Source: an uncultured Bifidobacteriaceae bacterium (lineage in GTDB: Bacteria; Acidobacteriota; Vicinamibacteria; Vicinamibacterales; JAMQPK01). From it: DNA of 46,131 nt. The stretch spans positions 11,054 through 57,184 of the forward strand of contig CAYHHH010000010.1 of the NCBI GenBank assembly GCA_964356125.1, in the 5' to 3' direction. The number at the start of each line of letters is the position of its first letter. Within the stretch, counting starts at the first letter, position 1. Below are positions 27,255 through 36,622 of this stretch, piece by piece. Under the pieces are notes generated by a model. It made no database searches, was not told where the DNA came from, and saw only the letters and a list, made by a program, of their open reading frames with translations. Position numbers and translations under genes: made by a program.

Positions 27255-29495
27255 ATGCCCGCAGCACGGCGCATCCCCTCGTGGCTGCTCATCGTCGCGA
27301 CGGCGGCAATCTGCGTGGGGACTCTCAAGCTGGAATCGGCCGACCTCTTTCCGCTCTGGCGGTTCGCGGTCCAGTGGAGTCCCGAAGCGCTGCCGAGCTC
27401 GCGCGCCGTGCCGGCCAACGAAATCGCGAGCGGCGTGCCCGTTCTCTCCCTCACCCTGAGCGATGTCGACCTGAACGATCCGGCGAAAGGGCTGCTGTCC
27501 AACAAGCGCGAGCACGGCGAAGAATGGGAGCGCGAAGGCAGCGTGTCGTACTACGAGGCCGGCACGCTCCGCTTCGCGTCTGGCGTCGGCGTCCGCATTC
27601 ATGGCGGGGGCAGCCGCATCACGGCACCGCGTCCGGGATTCAGGCTCTACTTCCGGCGGAAGTACGGCCCGCGGGAGGTACCGCCGGGCGTGTTCTTCAG
27701 TCCTGCCGCACAGCCGGTCCGCCGCATCGTGATTCATGACGACGTGCGGCGCGACGGGAAGATCGACTGGTATTTCGCGAACCCGCTGGCCTACGACATC
27801 GCGCGTGCCATCGGCGCCATTGCGCCGGAGACGAAGCCCGTGCGTTTCTTTCTGAACGGCGAGTATTACGGTCCGTTCGTGGTCACCGAGCGCTTCGACG
27901 AGCGATTCTTTGCGGCACATTGGGGCTACGACGACATCCTGCTCAGCCAGGCAGAAATGAACACGCTGTGGGACTGGGTCAAGACGACCCGCCCACTGAC
28001 GATGGCGAATGTGTCGCGGGATGTGAATATCGAGAACCTGACGCGATGGTTTCTTGCGGTGGCGTTCACGGCAACCAGAGACGCGTATCAGGGCCCCGGC
28101 CAGTTTCTCGACCGCACGAAGACGACCGGTGAATGGTTCTGGGTCAACTGGGACATGGACCAGAGCTTCCGCGACTGGAACCTCGACAGTTATCAATACT
28201 TGCTGGAGCGGGTCGCTGAAGACCGCCGCGGCCGCAACCCCGCAGAACCGCGCTCGGTGATTCTGTCGCAGCTCATGGCGGAAGATCCGCAGTACCGCGA
28301 CTATCTCAAGCGCGCTGTGCAGAAGGCGCTGAATCATCAGCTGACGCAGGCGTTCCTGATGGAGCGATACGAGCACTATCTGACCACTTCGATGGAGCTG
28401 CAGGTGAAGCGCCTGGATTACCTCCCGCGTCTCCGTCAGTTTCTCGAGCGGCGCCGCGCGTTCTTCAGACTGACCAGCGAGCAGTGGTTGAATACGACAC
28501 CGAGCCAGCGCGTGGCCATCGTCGCGCCGGCCAATGTCGATGTCCTTGTCGAAGGCGAACGCGTCAAGGGCGGCTACGACGGGCTGTATTTCCCAGACAT
28601 CGAGCTGACGGCCGATATTCCCGCAGATCAACGCCAGGGCTTTACCGGCTGGAGCGTCAACGGCAGTCTCGTTCCCGGCGTCGCGCCGCTGAAGTTCAAG
28701 GCTGACCGCGATACGCAGATCGAAGCCGTGTTCAACAACAACGTCAGCACTCGCGGCGGCTCGGCTGCGCCGGTCTCTCCGACAGCCGCCCCAGCATCGG
28801 CCGCGCGCGCGGTCTGGAAAGCCATACCAGCCGGCGAATCGTGGATGGGCTGCGTGCCGAGCGACGATCGCTGCGAGGAGGCGGAGAACCCCCGCGTACG
28901 CAGCTCGTTCGCACAACCGTTCGAGATGCTCGATCGGGAAGTGTCGGTGGACGATTTCCGCGCATTCGCGGCAGCCACTTCGCGCCGGATGCCGCGGCAG
29001 CCAGAGTGGTATGCCGACGGCACGCACCCGGCCGTCAACGTGACGTGGACCGAAGCCACGGCGTATTGTGAGTGGGCCGGCGGCCGGTTGCCGACGGAAG
29101 CCGAGTGGGAACACGCCGCGCGCGGCGGGCTCGATGGAAACATATTTCCATGGGGCGACGAGTTCACGGGTCAGGCCAACGGTCGGCATCATCTCAAGGC
29201 CGAACAATTCGATTTCACCGTGCCTGTCGCGACGTTCCCCCCGAATGCGTTCGGCCTGTACGACATGGCCGGCAACGTGTGGGAATGGACGGCAAGCGCC
29301 TTCACGTTGACGCACGCATCGGAGCCCTCTGCCGGCGGCTACGACCTGCGCACGATCAAGGGCGGCGGGTGGGATAACCTGGTTTCACGCCTCCGCGTCT
29401 CCGAACGCGCGGCGTTATCGAGCTCCGGCCGGCACAACCTGTACGTCGGCTTCCGATGCGTTCGCGAAAAAGGGGACGGGAGTCTTTTTCGGTAA
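27255..29495 (+). CDS. CotH-kinase-like protein fused to a C-terminal FGE-sulfatase (SUMF1-like) domain
   Basis: GVRIHGGGSR, FLNGEYYG and WDMDQSF (CotH); RLPTEAEWEHAARGG, PNAFGLYDMAGNVWEW and GFRC (FGE-like); N-terminal signal or TM. Confidence 0.85.
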   Translation: MPAARRIPSWLLIVATAAICVGTLKLESADLFPLWRFAVQWSPEALPSSRAVPANEIASGVPVLSLTLSDVDLNDPAKGLLSNKREHGEEWEREGSVSYYEAGTLRFASGVGVRIHGGGSRITAPRPGFRLYFRRKYGPREVPPGVFFSPAAQPVRRIVIHDDVRRDGKIDWYFANPLAYDIARAIGAIAPETKPVRFFLNGEYYGPFVVTERFDERFFAAHWGYDDILLSQAEMNTLWDWVKTTRPLTMANVSRDVNIENLTRWFLAVAFTATRDAYQGPGQFLDRTKTTGEWFWVNWDMDQSFRDWNLDSYQYLLERVAEDRRGRNPAEPRSVILSQLMAEDPQYRDYLKRAVQKALNHQLTQAFLMERYEHYLTTSMELQVKRLDYLPRLRQFLERRRAFFRLTSEQWLNTTPSQRVAIVAPANVDVLVEGERVKGGYDGLYFPDIELTADIPADQRQGFTGWSVNGSLVPGVAPLKFKADRDTQIEAVFNNNVSTRGGSAAPVSPTAAPASAARAVWKAIPAGESWMGCVPSDDRCEEAENPRVRSSFAQPFEMLDREVSVDDFRAFAAATSRRMPRQPEWYADGTHPAVNVTWTEATAYCEWAGGRLPTEAEWEHAARGGLDGNIFPWGDEFTGQANGRHHLKAEQFDFTVPVATFPPNAFGLYDMAGNVWEWTASAFTLTHASEPSAGGYDLRTIKGGGWDNLVSRLRVSERAALSSSGRHNLYVGFRCVREKGDGSLFR

Positions 29496-29528
29496 TGTCT
29501 GCGAAAAAGACTCCCGTCCCCTTTTTCG
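29465..29528. repeat. Palindromic element copy 2 (27-bp perfect IR, 10-nt loop) spanning a stop/start junction
   Basis: CGAAAAAGGGGACGGGAGTCTTTTTCG (29465-29491) and reverse complement (29502-29528); the loop contains TAATG. Confidence 0.95.
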
Positions 29529-31615
29529 TGCCCATCGGCGCCGCGACCGTCGCGGGCGTCGCGCTCTGGCTGAGCCGCGCGTCGTTCGACGTCGCCGGCA
29601 CCACGCAGGCGCCCATACGTGTGGCGATGCTGCCGTCGCTCGCGGAGCTCATGGGTTTCGTGGCGCTGGCTCTGCTCATCGTGGCCGGCATGGCGGCGGC
29701 CATCCGGGGCAGCCGCGCCTTCTGGGAACCGGCGACTGACATACTGCTTCCGCTCTTGTCGCTGTCGCTTCTCATCCTGCCCTACTTGCCGTGGGTCGCG
29801 GATTGGATACCGGCGCTGCAGCTCTTCGCTGGGCCAGGACGCATTGTGATTTGGATAGTCGTCGCCGGACAGGTGTTGTGGCTGTTTCTTCCCCAACTGT
29901 CACGTCACATCGGCGTGCATGCACCGATCGTCGGCCGCTCAAAAGGCGCCGCGCTGTTTGCCATCGTCGCTGTCGCTTTGAGCGCGCCGTTCGTGCTCAA
30001 CGCGCGCGCATTGCCTTCTGCATTTGTGGATTTGTTCAACTCAGTCAGGGCGCTCTCGTCGGCCACGCTGTCAACGGTGCCGGCGGGCGCGCTCGGCGTA
30101 TTGTTCGATCAGGAGTACGGCGTCGTCTCGTACGCGCCGGTGTTGCTGCTTGGTTTCATCGGCCTCGTTGGCATGCTTCGCGACCGGTCGCATCGACGCC
30201 TCGCCGTCGTATTGAGCGCGGCTTCACTCCTGCTGATCGCGATTCCGGCAACCGTCGATCCGTGGTGGGCCAAGTCAATGATGCCGGGGCGCCCAGTTGT
30301 GCTCCTGCTGCCCGTGCTCATCGTGCCTATCGCATGGCTGTATGCGCGCCTCGAGCCCGACTCACCCGCGCGTGCGGGCGCGCAGGCGCTGCTGCTGCTC
30401 AGTGTCGCCGTGACATTGACGCTCGTGGTCTTTAATCCCCGCGTTCCGGCACTGCAGGAAGGCGATGGCTCGTCGTCGCTGCTTCAGTGGATGTCTCCCA
30501 CGTGGCAATTGTGGCGCGAGGCCCCGACGTTTGTGGCGGGTGCGTCGCGCGCGTCTTCAATACGTCTGCTGTTATGGCTGACCGCTTTCGGCATCGTTTA
30601 CTGGATGCTCGCGCGGCGATCGGCGCTGGCGAACGGCCGGGCGGCGCTTGCCACGACACTGAGCGGAGCGATCGTGTGCGTCGCGGTCGCCACCATCAGC
30701 GCTGCGGTTGTGCCGGACGCGGCGAGGCCGTTCGAAGCCGAGGGACGCGTGATGTTTCCTTTGCTCGAGACCTTCGATCCGATCGCGCGTCCGAACGCGC
30801 TCCGCTTCGACGAACTGTCTCTCGTCGAGCCTGGTGAGCTGCCGCCGCTGTTCGTCGCCTCTGCGGTGCCTGGACAGCGGACCGATCGGCAGCCCGTTCG
30901 TGTGGTGTTGAACGCGCGGTTCCGTTTGCCGGCGGGCCGTTATGTGCTCGATCTGAAAGGATCAGAGGCCGCCGGCTCGATGCCGGCGGCCTCGATGTCG
31001 CTGCAACTTGGCCGCGAAGGCCGGCCGGTCGAAAGCTGGCCGCTGGCCGTGCGCCCGGGTGAGCACAGTCAACACGAGTTCGACGTACCTCTCGATGCCG
31101 AATTCGTCGGGTTCCGCGCGACCAGGCAGGCCGAGCAGGCGATCGCTGAGCTTCGTATCAGCGCCCGCACTATCGTCGAGACGCGCAAACGATTCCCCGC
31201 GGGGACGGTCCTTTCGGCGGCGGCCTTTCCCCCGGCGCGCATCTTCTTTCACGACAGTTCGGCGTACCCCGAAGCCGGGGGATTCTGGGTGAGAGGCCGT
31301 ACGACAGTGCGGATGACGCTATTGAAGGTGAGGGAAAGCGATCCTGCCGTGCTGCTCGCCATTCACAGTGGCGCGCGCCCGAACGTGGTAACGCTCGCGG
31401 CGCCAGGCTGGTCGCAGAAGCTCGAACTGGTGCCAGGCGTCACGCAGCGGGTCATGGTGCCGTCCAACGTTGGCGAGCGGTTCATTCCGCTGACGATCTC
31501 GAGCGCCGATGGATTCGTTCCGGCAGACGTCGAACAGAGACGCGATCGCCGGCTCTTGGGCGCATGGATCGCGTTTATCCCCGACGATATCGCCAGAACG
31601 TCCGCAGCCCCCTGA
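29495..31615 (+). CDS. Multi-TM membrane protein with extracytoplasmic C-terminal domain, GT-C-related
   Basis: ATG 29495 overlaps the upstream TAA; many TMs; [13 protein letters not shown] and WW...PGR motifs. Confidence 0.65.
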   Translation: MSAKKTPVPFFVPIGAATVAGVALWLSRASFDVAGTTQAPIRVAMLPSLAELMGFVALALLIVAGMAAAIRGSRAFWEPATDILLPLLSLSLLILPYLPWVADWIPALQLFAGPGRIVIWIVVAGQVLWLFLPQLSRHIGVHAPIVGRSKGAALFAIVAVALSAPFVLNARALPSAFVDLFNSVRALSSATLSTVPAGALGVLFDQEYGVVSYAPVLLLGFIGLVGMLRDRSHRRLAVVLSAASLLLIAIPATVDPWWAKSMMPGRPVVLLLPVLIVPIAWLYARLEPDSPARAGAQALLLLSVAVTLTLVVFNPRVPALQEGDGSSSLLQWMSPTWQLWREAPTFVAGASRASSIRLLLWLTAFGIVYWMLARRSALANGRAALATTLSGAIVCVAVATISAAVVPDAARPFEAEGRVMFPLLETFDPIARPNALRFDELSLVEPGELPPLFVASAVPGQRTDRQPVRVVLNARFRLPAGRYVLDLKGSEAAGSMPAASMSLQLGREGRPVESWPLAVRPGEHSQHEFDVPLDAEFVGFRATRQAEQAIAELRISARTIVETRKRFPAGTVLSAAAFPPARIFFHDSSAYPEAGGFWVRGRTTVRMTLLKVRESDPAVLLAIHSGARPNVVTLAAPGWSQKLELVPGVTQRVMVPSNVGERFIPLTISSADGFVPADVEQRRDRRLLGAWIAFIPDDIARTSAAP

Positions 31616-32276
31616 CCCAGTCTTTCGCACCGATCTTTTTTCCTTCTTCCCGGCTCCGCGGACAATACTGAATCGGCACTTCGACGATATGGCATCCGCG
31701 CGCGAGCACCTTGGATGTGATCTCGTGGTCGAGCTCGAACCCGCTCGTCTCGAGATCGAGCTCGTTCAGCAAAGACCGCGGAAATAATTTCAGCGCGGTC
31801 ACGGTGTCGGTGAGATAGCGCCCGGTGCACATGAGTCCCGCAACGCTCAAGCTTCGTCCACCGAGGTAGGCCGGCCACGACTGTTGTGGATATTTGCTGC
31901 CGAGCAGCCCCTTCGTGTACCGGCTTCCGTACACCACATCGGCCTGCTTCGAGAGCAGCGCCTGTACCATCGGCACGTAGTCCTGCGGCTCGTACTCGAG
32001 ATCGGCGTCCTGAATCATCAGGTAGTCGCCCGTCGCGCGCTCGATGCCCGTGCGCACGGCCCTGCCCTTGCCGCCGTTGCGCTCGTGGCGGCACAAGACA
32101 ACGTCCGGAAATCTCGCGACAACGGCCGCCGTCCCGTCTTTCGAGCAGTCGTCGACGACGATGATTTCCTTATCGAGGCCGTGGGGCGTGAGGTCGACCG
32201 CGCGAATGCGCTCGAGCAGCGTGCCGATGAAGCGCTCTTCGTTGTAGGCCGGAATGACGATCGACAGGCGCTTCAC
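31575..32276 (-). CDS. Glycosyltransferase family 2 (DPM-synthase-like)
   Basis: [34 protein letters not shown]; start GTG 32276. Confidence 0.9.
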   Translation of the reverse strand: MKRLSIVIPAYNEERFIGTLLERIRAVDLTPHGLDKEIIVVDDCSKDGTAAVVARFPDVVLCRHERNGGKGRAVRTGIERATGDYLMIQDADLEYEPQDYVPMVQALLSKQADVVYGSRYTKGLLGSKYPQQSWPAYLGGRSLSVAGLMCTGRYLTDTVTALKLFPRSLLNELDLETSGFELDHEITSKVLARGCHIVEVPIQYCPRSREEGKKIGAKDWVRGLRTFWRYRRG

Positions 32277-33043
32277 CGCCGCTCCAGCTCGCGCAGGTAC
32301 GCCTCGAGACGCCGGCGATCGTCGGGCGTGTTGATGCCGACGGCTTCCAGATCGTTTGTCGCGGGACACGTCAACACCGAATGCCCACGCTGCACCAGCC
32401 ACGGGAGAAACGGCAGAAAATTTCTCTCGCGCGTCGCAGCCGCCTGGATCGCCTCGCTGCTGAACGTCGGCAGCAGGTTGAAGTACGCATCCGGCGAGAG
32501 CGAGAACAGACCCATATCGCTTTCGCCCACCTCAGGCATGTCGTCACCCTCACGCCGCTCACGGATGGCCGCGATCCGTCCGGACATGTCGCGCTCAAAG
32601 TGAATGTACGGTGGCGCCTGGCGCGAGGTGGGAAAGATGGCGGACGCATCCGTACGCTCCTGAGACAACCGGCGCAGAGTGGAAATCGTGTCCGGATGCA
32701 CCCCGATTTGATCGCACCACGTAATCCAGACACGCGAGGCGGCGCGCTGATGGACAGCATCCGACGCAAGCAGAATCGCATCGAGCATGCCCGTCGGCTC
32801 AGGCTGCTGCGCGTACTGCACGTCGAGCGCGGGTGCCATCTGCTCCACGTGCCGTCTCACTTGCGCTTCGAACGACGGATGCACGACCAGCACGACGCGC
32901 TGCACGGCGTGCCGGTAGCGATCGAACAAGTGATCGATCATCGCCCTGCCGTTGACCGGTGCGAGAACCTTCGGTGTGGTACTTTGAAGACGGGTGCCGG
33001 CGCCTGCGGCCGGGATGATTAAAACCGTGTCAGGAGTTAGCAC
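32273..33043 (-). CDS. Nucleotidyltransferase (GlmU-N / MobA-like NTP transferase fold)
   Basis: [10 protein letters not shown]...PKVL, QPEPTG, WCDQ, GINTPDD. Confidence 0.85.
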   Translation of the reverse strand: MLTPDTVLIIPAAGAGTRLQSTTPKVLAPVNGRAMIDHLFDRYRHAVQRVVLVVHPSFEAQVRRHVEQMAPALDVQYAQQPEPTGMLDAILLASDAVHQRAASRVWITWCDQIGVHPDTISTLRRLSQERTDASAIFPTSRQAPPYIHFERDMSGRIAAIRERREGDDMPEVGESDMGLFSLSPDAYFNLLPTFSSEAIQAAATRERNFLPFLPWLVQRGHSVLTCPATNDLEAVGINTPDDRRRLEAYLRELERR

Positions 33044-34997
33044 GCGGTGAGACTTTCAAATCGGCAGACGCCGGCGCCGTCGGAGCGGCCGCTTTCGGCC
33101 GCATGAGGCGCTGCCACGCGATGAGGGCGAGGGAGCGCAAGCCTTCAAGCGGCGTAGTACGGCGCACGCGCTCCGGCGACAGCGGCAGGAACTGTACCGG
33201 GGTCTCGATCACGTCTGCTCTCTCCGCGAGCAGTGCCGACAGGAGATATTGATTGGCCAGCTTGTCGTCGGGCGCCACAGGCAGGCTCGTCAGGAACGAC
33301 GCGCGAACGCCGCGCACGCCCGACAGCGTGTCGGAGATGTAGCGCCCGAATAAGAGGAGGTACGTCGCGCTGAGCAGGTGGCTTCCGAGCAGGCTCATCG
33401 AGCCAAGCACGGCATTATGCTTGTACCGCAACCGATACGACGTCTCGATATCCTTCAGTGAAAAGCGGCGGCTGCCCCACACTGCATCGAGCCGCGCGCT
33501 CATCATCGGCGAAAGGATGCCCACCAGATCCTCCGCGCGATACATTCCGGATGATTCGAAGAGGACCGCATAATCGAACTCGGCGTCGGCCAGCGCGCGC
33601 ACGAACGCCTTGCCGGGCGGCTCTGTCGCGCCGCGAAGATTGCGCAGGCCGAACGGCAGTGGCTGCATGAACACGTCGTCGAGATCGGCGTCCGCGGTGT
33701 AGAAGACGGTGACGTCGACAGCGAGATCTTGGATCCCACCGCGCAGCATTTCGAGCACCGACTGGCTCAGCTTGTTCAGCGACGCGGCGTCGTACAGCCA
33801 CACGGCGATGCGCTGGCGTCGCCGTTGCGACAGAAACGACTGCAGAAACGGCGTGAGCACCTTCGAGGCATCGTGCCGTCCGCTGACGCCATCCTCGTAA
33901 TGCCCGATGCGCACCAGGCGCGGGTCTTCGAGTGTTTCAAGATGTCCGAGCGGCACGTAGCCGGCATCGGCGTCGGTTTCGAGAATCTGCGGATCGTTGA
34001 TGATGTAATGCGTGATCAGCGTCGGCACGGGAAGCGGCAGCTTCCCCTTCTCTTTCAAGTAGTAGACGGCGCGCTCGACGATGTCGACCGCCGTGCTGCC
34101 GGAAATTTCCGAGTCGGCCTGAATGTTGGTGACGAGCAGCTTGATGGCCGTCAGGTTCGACGCAATCGCCCGGCTGAGGTCTTTGGTCAGGTACGACGGA
34201 AACAGGCTCGAGTGCTGGGTGCCCGGCGCGTAGATGATGAGATCGGCCGCCGCGAGGCGCTCGCGCAGCCGCGGGTTCAAGGGCATCGGCCGCGACCGCT
34301 GTTCCAGCCACGCCGCGCACTGCTCTTGCGACAGACAGCCGAGCGCCGCACGGTCGGCTTCGGACAGCGGCGCATCGATCAGGAACACATCAGAGATGCG
34401 GTTCTGCCGTTTCGCGTCGACAATTTCAGCCTCGCTCACGAGCACGCCGCGATCGCGCTCCAGCGCCACGAGAAACGCGTTCGTGCCGTCGGTCACATTG
34501 TCGATGAGCCCCGGCGTCAACCCGAGGAGCCCGCAGTAGTCGTCGACCGCGTCGTTGAACCGCCGGCCGCGGTGCAGGTAGCAGCCGGCAAACACTAGAT
34601 TACCGATCGCGCAATCGGAAAACTCGAACGGGCGTCCCGTCGCGAGCTCGCGTGTCACCGCGTCGATCCGCTGCCGCATTTGAGGCCCGCCCGCGATTGC
34701 CACCCCTTCGAGCGCCTGCAGCGCCTCTTCGCGGGAACAGGGAACCGGAAGGCGCGTGTCGAACACCTCGACGAGGGCTGTGGGGCACGACTTGGTCTCG
34801 CGCGCGACGCGCGAGGCGTTCTTGCGGAAATCAGACGGGCCGAGGCTGTCGCCGAGAAAGCGCCGCACTTCTCCCGTCGACGCCCCATCGTCGTAGCCGT
34901 TGATGGCGATCGTGAGCGCCACATCGGGATGCCCGATGAGCTGGCGCGACAGCACGTCGGAACCGCGCCCGCCCGAAAAGAGCACTACGCTGACCAC
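33030..34997 (-). CDS. CofD/YvcK (UPF0052)-like protein fused to a degenerate GT2-like C-terminal domain
   Basis: FSGGRG, YDDGASTG, GPSDFRK, IGNL and IYAPGTQHSSL (CofD/YvcK pattern); C-terminal VWGSR, ISDTLSG and ETPVQF (GT2 pattern). Confidence 0.78.
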   Translation of the reverse strand: MVSVVLFSGGRGSDVLSRQLIGHPDVALTIAINGYDDGASTGEVRRFLGDSLGPSDFRKNASRVARETKSCPTALVEVFDTRLPVPCSREEALQALEGVAIAGGPQMRQRIDAVTRELATGRPFEFSDCAIGNLVFAGCYLHRGRRFNDAVDDYCGLLGLTPGLIDNVTDGTNAFLVALERDRGVLVSEAEIVDAKRQNRISDVFLIDAPLSEADRAALGCLSQEQCAAWLEQRSRPMPLNPRLRERLAAADLIIYAPGTQHSSLFPSYLTKDLSRAIASNLTAIKLLVTNIQADSEISGSTAVDIVERAVYYLKEKGKLPLPVPTLITHYIINDPQILETDADAGYVPLGHLETLEDPRLVRIGHYEDGVSGRHDASKVLTPFLQSFLSQRRRQRIAVWLYDAASLNKLSQSVLEMLRGGIQDLAVDVTVFYTADADLDDVFMQPLPFGLRNLRGATEPPGKAFVRALADAEFDYAVLFESSGMYRAEDLVGILSPMMSARLDAVWGSRRFSLKDIETSYRLRYKHNAVLGSMSLLGSHLLSATYLLLFGRYISDTLSGVRGVRASFLTSLPVAPDDKLANQYLLSALLAERADVIETPVQFLPLSPERVRRTTPLEGLRSLALIAWQRLMRPKAAAPTAPASADLKVSPRANS

Positions 34998-35981
34998 TCA
35001 GACGCTCAATGAATGCGGGAGAGTTTCCGGTTGGGGGGATTCGCGGATATCACGAATCACGTAAATAGGCTTGTCCTGCGATTCGTGGTACGTGCGCGAC
35101 ATGATTTCCGCGAGCAACCCCATCGTCACCAGTTGGATGCCCGAGAAGATCAGCAGCACGGCGAGCAGAAGGAGCGGACGGTTCGCAATCGACTCGTGCC
35201 CGAACAGGCGCTCGTACGACAGATATACGGCGATGAGGAATCCGATGAATCCCATCGGTACGCCGATGAGGCCGAACATCTGCAGCGGCCGCGTCGAGTA
35301 GCTCAGCAGAAACTTCACGAGCAGCAGATCGAGGATGACGCGGAAGGTTCTCGACAATCCGTACTTGGATGAGCCGTGTTTCCTCGCGCGATGGTTGACG
35401 ACGACCTCGTCGATCGTGACCCCCATCTCGCTGGCAATCGCCGGAAGAAAGCGGTGCATCTCACCGTACAGCTTCAGCGGCTTCACCACATCGGCGCGGA
35501 ACACTTTCAACGAGCAGCCGTAGTCGTGCAGCTTCACGCCGGTCGACCACGAGATCAGCTTGTTCGCCAGTCCAGACGGCAGCCGCCGCGTGAGCCAGGG
35601 ATCTTTACGATCCTTGCGCCATCCACAGACGATGTCGCTCCCTTCCTCGACGCGCCGGATCATGTCGGGCAAGTCGCGGGGATCGTTCTGGAGATCGCCA
35701 TCGGCGGTCGCAATCAAGCGGCCGCGCGCGTGGCGAAACCCGGCGGAAAACGCCGCGGTTTGTCCGAAGTTTCTGCGGAAGCGGATGATGCGCCAGCGGG
35801 GATCGCGCTGCTGATGCCGCAGCAGCCGCTCGAAGCTGTCGTCGGTGCTGCCATCGTCGATGGCGATGACTTCGTAGGTGCGTCCCCACCGTTCGAGCGC
35901 CTCCGTCATTTCGACGTACAGCACGTCGATGTTCGCCGATTCGTTGCGGATGGGAATGACGACCGAGAGCTCAGGGCTCAT
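34998..35981 (-). CDS. ArnC/GtrB-like polyprenyl-phosphate glycosyltransferase (GT2 plus 2 TM)
   Basis: DDGSTD, RNFGQTAA, DGDLQNDP, HDYGC, GEMHRF, SKYG. Confidence 0.9.
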   Translation of the reverse strand: MSPELSVVIPIRNESANIDVLYVEMTEALERWGRTYEVIAIDDGSTDDSFERLLRHQQRDPRWRIIRFRRNFGQTAAFSAGFRHARGRLIATADGDLQNDPRDLPDMIRRVEEGSDIVCGWRKDRKDPWLTRRLPSGLANKLISWSTGVKLHDYGCSLKVFRADVVKPLKLYGEMHRFLPAIASEMGVTIDEVVVNHRARKHGSSKYGLSRTFRVILDLLLVKFLLSYSTRPLQMFGLIGVPMGFIGFLIAVYLSYERLFGHESIANRPLLLLAVLLIFSGIQLVTMGLLAEIMSRTYHESQDKPIYVIRDIRESPQPETLPHSLSV

Positions 35982-36003
35982 TAAAGCGCCATTATACAGG
36001 CGT

Positions 36004-36597
36004 TTAGGCAGGTTGACGCTTGCGCTTCCACAGGTAATAACCCACCCCGCCGGCGAGGACGAGGAGGCCGAGGACGAGCCCGACCGTGCGGCTATTCTCG
36101 TGGATGTAGTCGAGCGCCTGTTTGCCGTACATCACCGCCAGAATCCCCTCGCCGAAGTACCGCACGCCGCGCCCGAACGCAATCGACAGGATGAACGTCT
36201 TGAGCGGAATATTGGCGACGCCGCCGAGCAGCACGAAGATCTTGAACGGCGCCGGCGGCGGCAGCAGCGCGGGCACGATCAGCGCCATGGCGCCGTACTT
36301 TCGCATCAGATCGGACGCGCGCTCGAGGGTGCCCCCCTTGAACCGTTTCTGCAGCAGTGCATTACCGCCCTTGCGCCCAGCGAAGTACAGCGCGAGACAG
36401 CCGGCCACCGATCCGAGCGTGGCCATCGTGGCGTAAAACACCATGCGCTCCGGATGGTTGATGACCATCAGGACGATGAGCATATCGTTGACTTCGGGAA
36501 AGGACAGGAACGACGAGTCGAGGAAGGCGATGATAAACAGCCCCGGACCGCCCACACTGAGAGCAAATGCCTCAATCCATGCTGTGATTCGCGCCAT
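36004..36597 (-). CDS. DedA/VTT (YqaA-like) membrane protein
   Basis: FLDSSF, GSVAG, PPPAPFKIFVL and GRGVRY motifs. Confidence 0.85.
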   Translation of the reverse strand: MARITAWIEAFALSVGGPGLFIIAFLDSSFLSFPEVNDMLIVLMVINHPERMVFYATMATLGSVAGCLALYFAGRKGGNALLQKRFKGGTLERASDLMRKYGAMALIVPALLPPPAPFKIFVLLGGVANIPLKTFILSIAFGRGVRYFGEGILAVMYGKQALDYIHENSRTVGLVLGLLVLAGGVGYYLWKRKRQPA

Positions 36598-36622
36598 CCG
36601 AGATTACTATTCTATTCGCGAA

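Noticed and set aside
27186-29315. Long antisense or alternative-frame ORFs (27186-29315, 11935-13458, 9700-10776, 35878-37089 and others)
   Set aside because: They are shadows of well-supported genes in high-GC DNA, with Arg/Ala-rich translations and no motifs.
23667-29495. Sulfatase plus its formylglycine-generating maturase
   Set aside because: The sulfatase-fold protein has no C/S-x-P-x-R motif (it reads FPTTMVS) and the FGE-like domain lacks the catalytic Cys pair.
32273-34997. Coenzyme F420 biosynthesis (cofC/cofD)
   Set aside because: No cofE, cofG or cofH nearby; the CofD-like domain is fused to a GT2-like domain and the NTP transferase looks GlmU/MobA-like.
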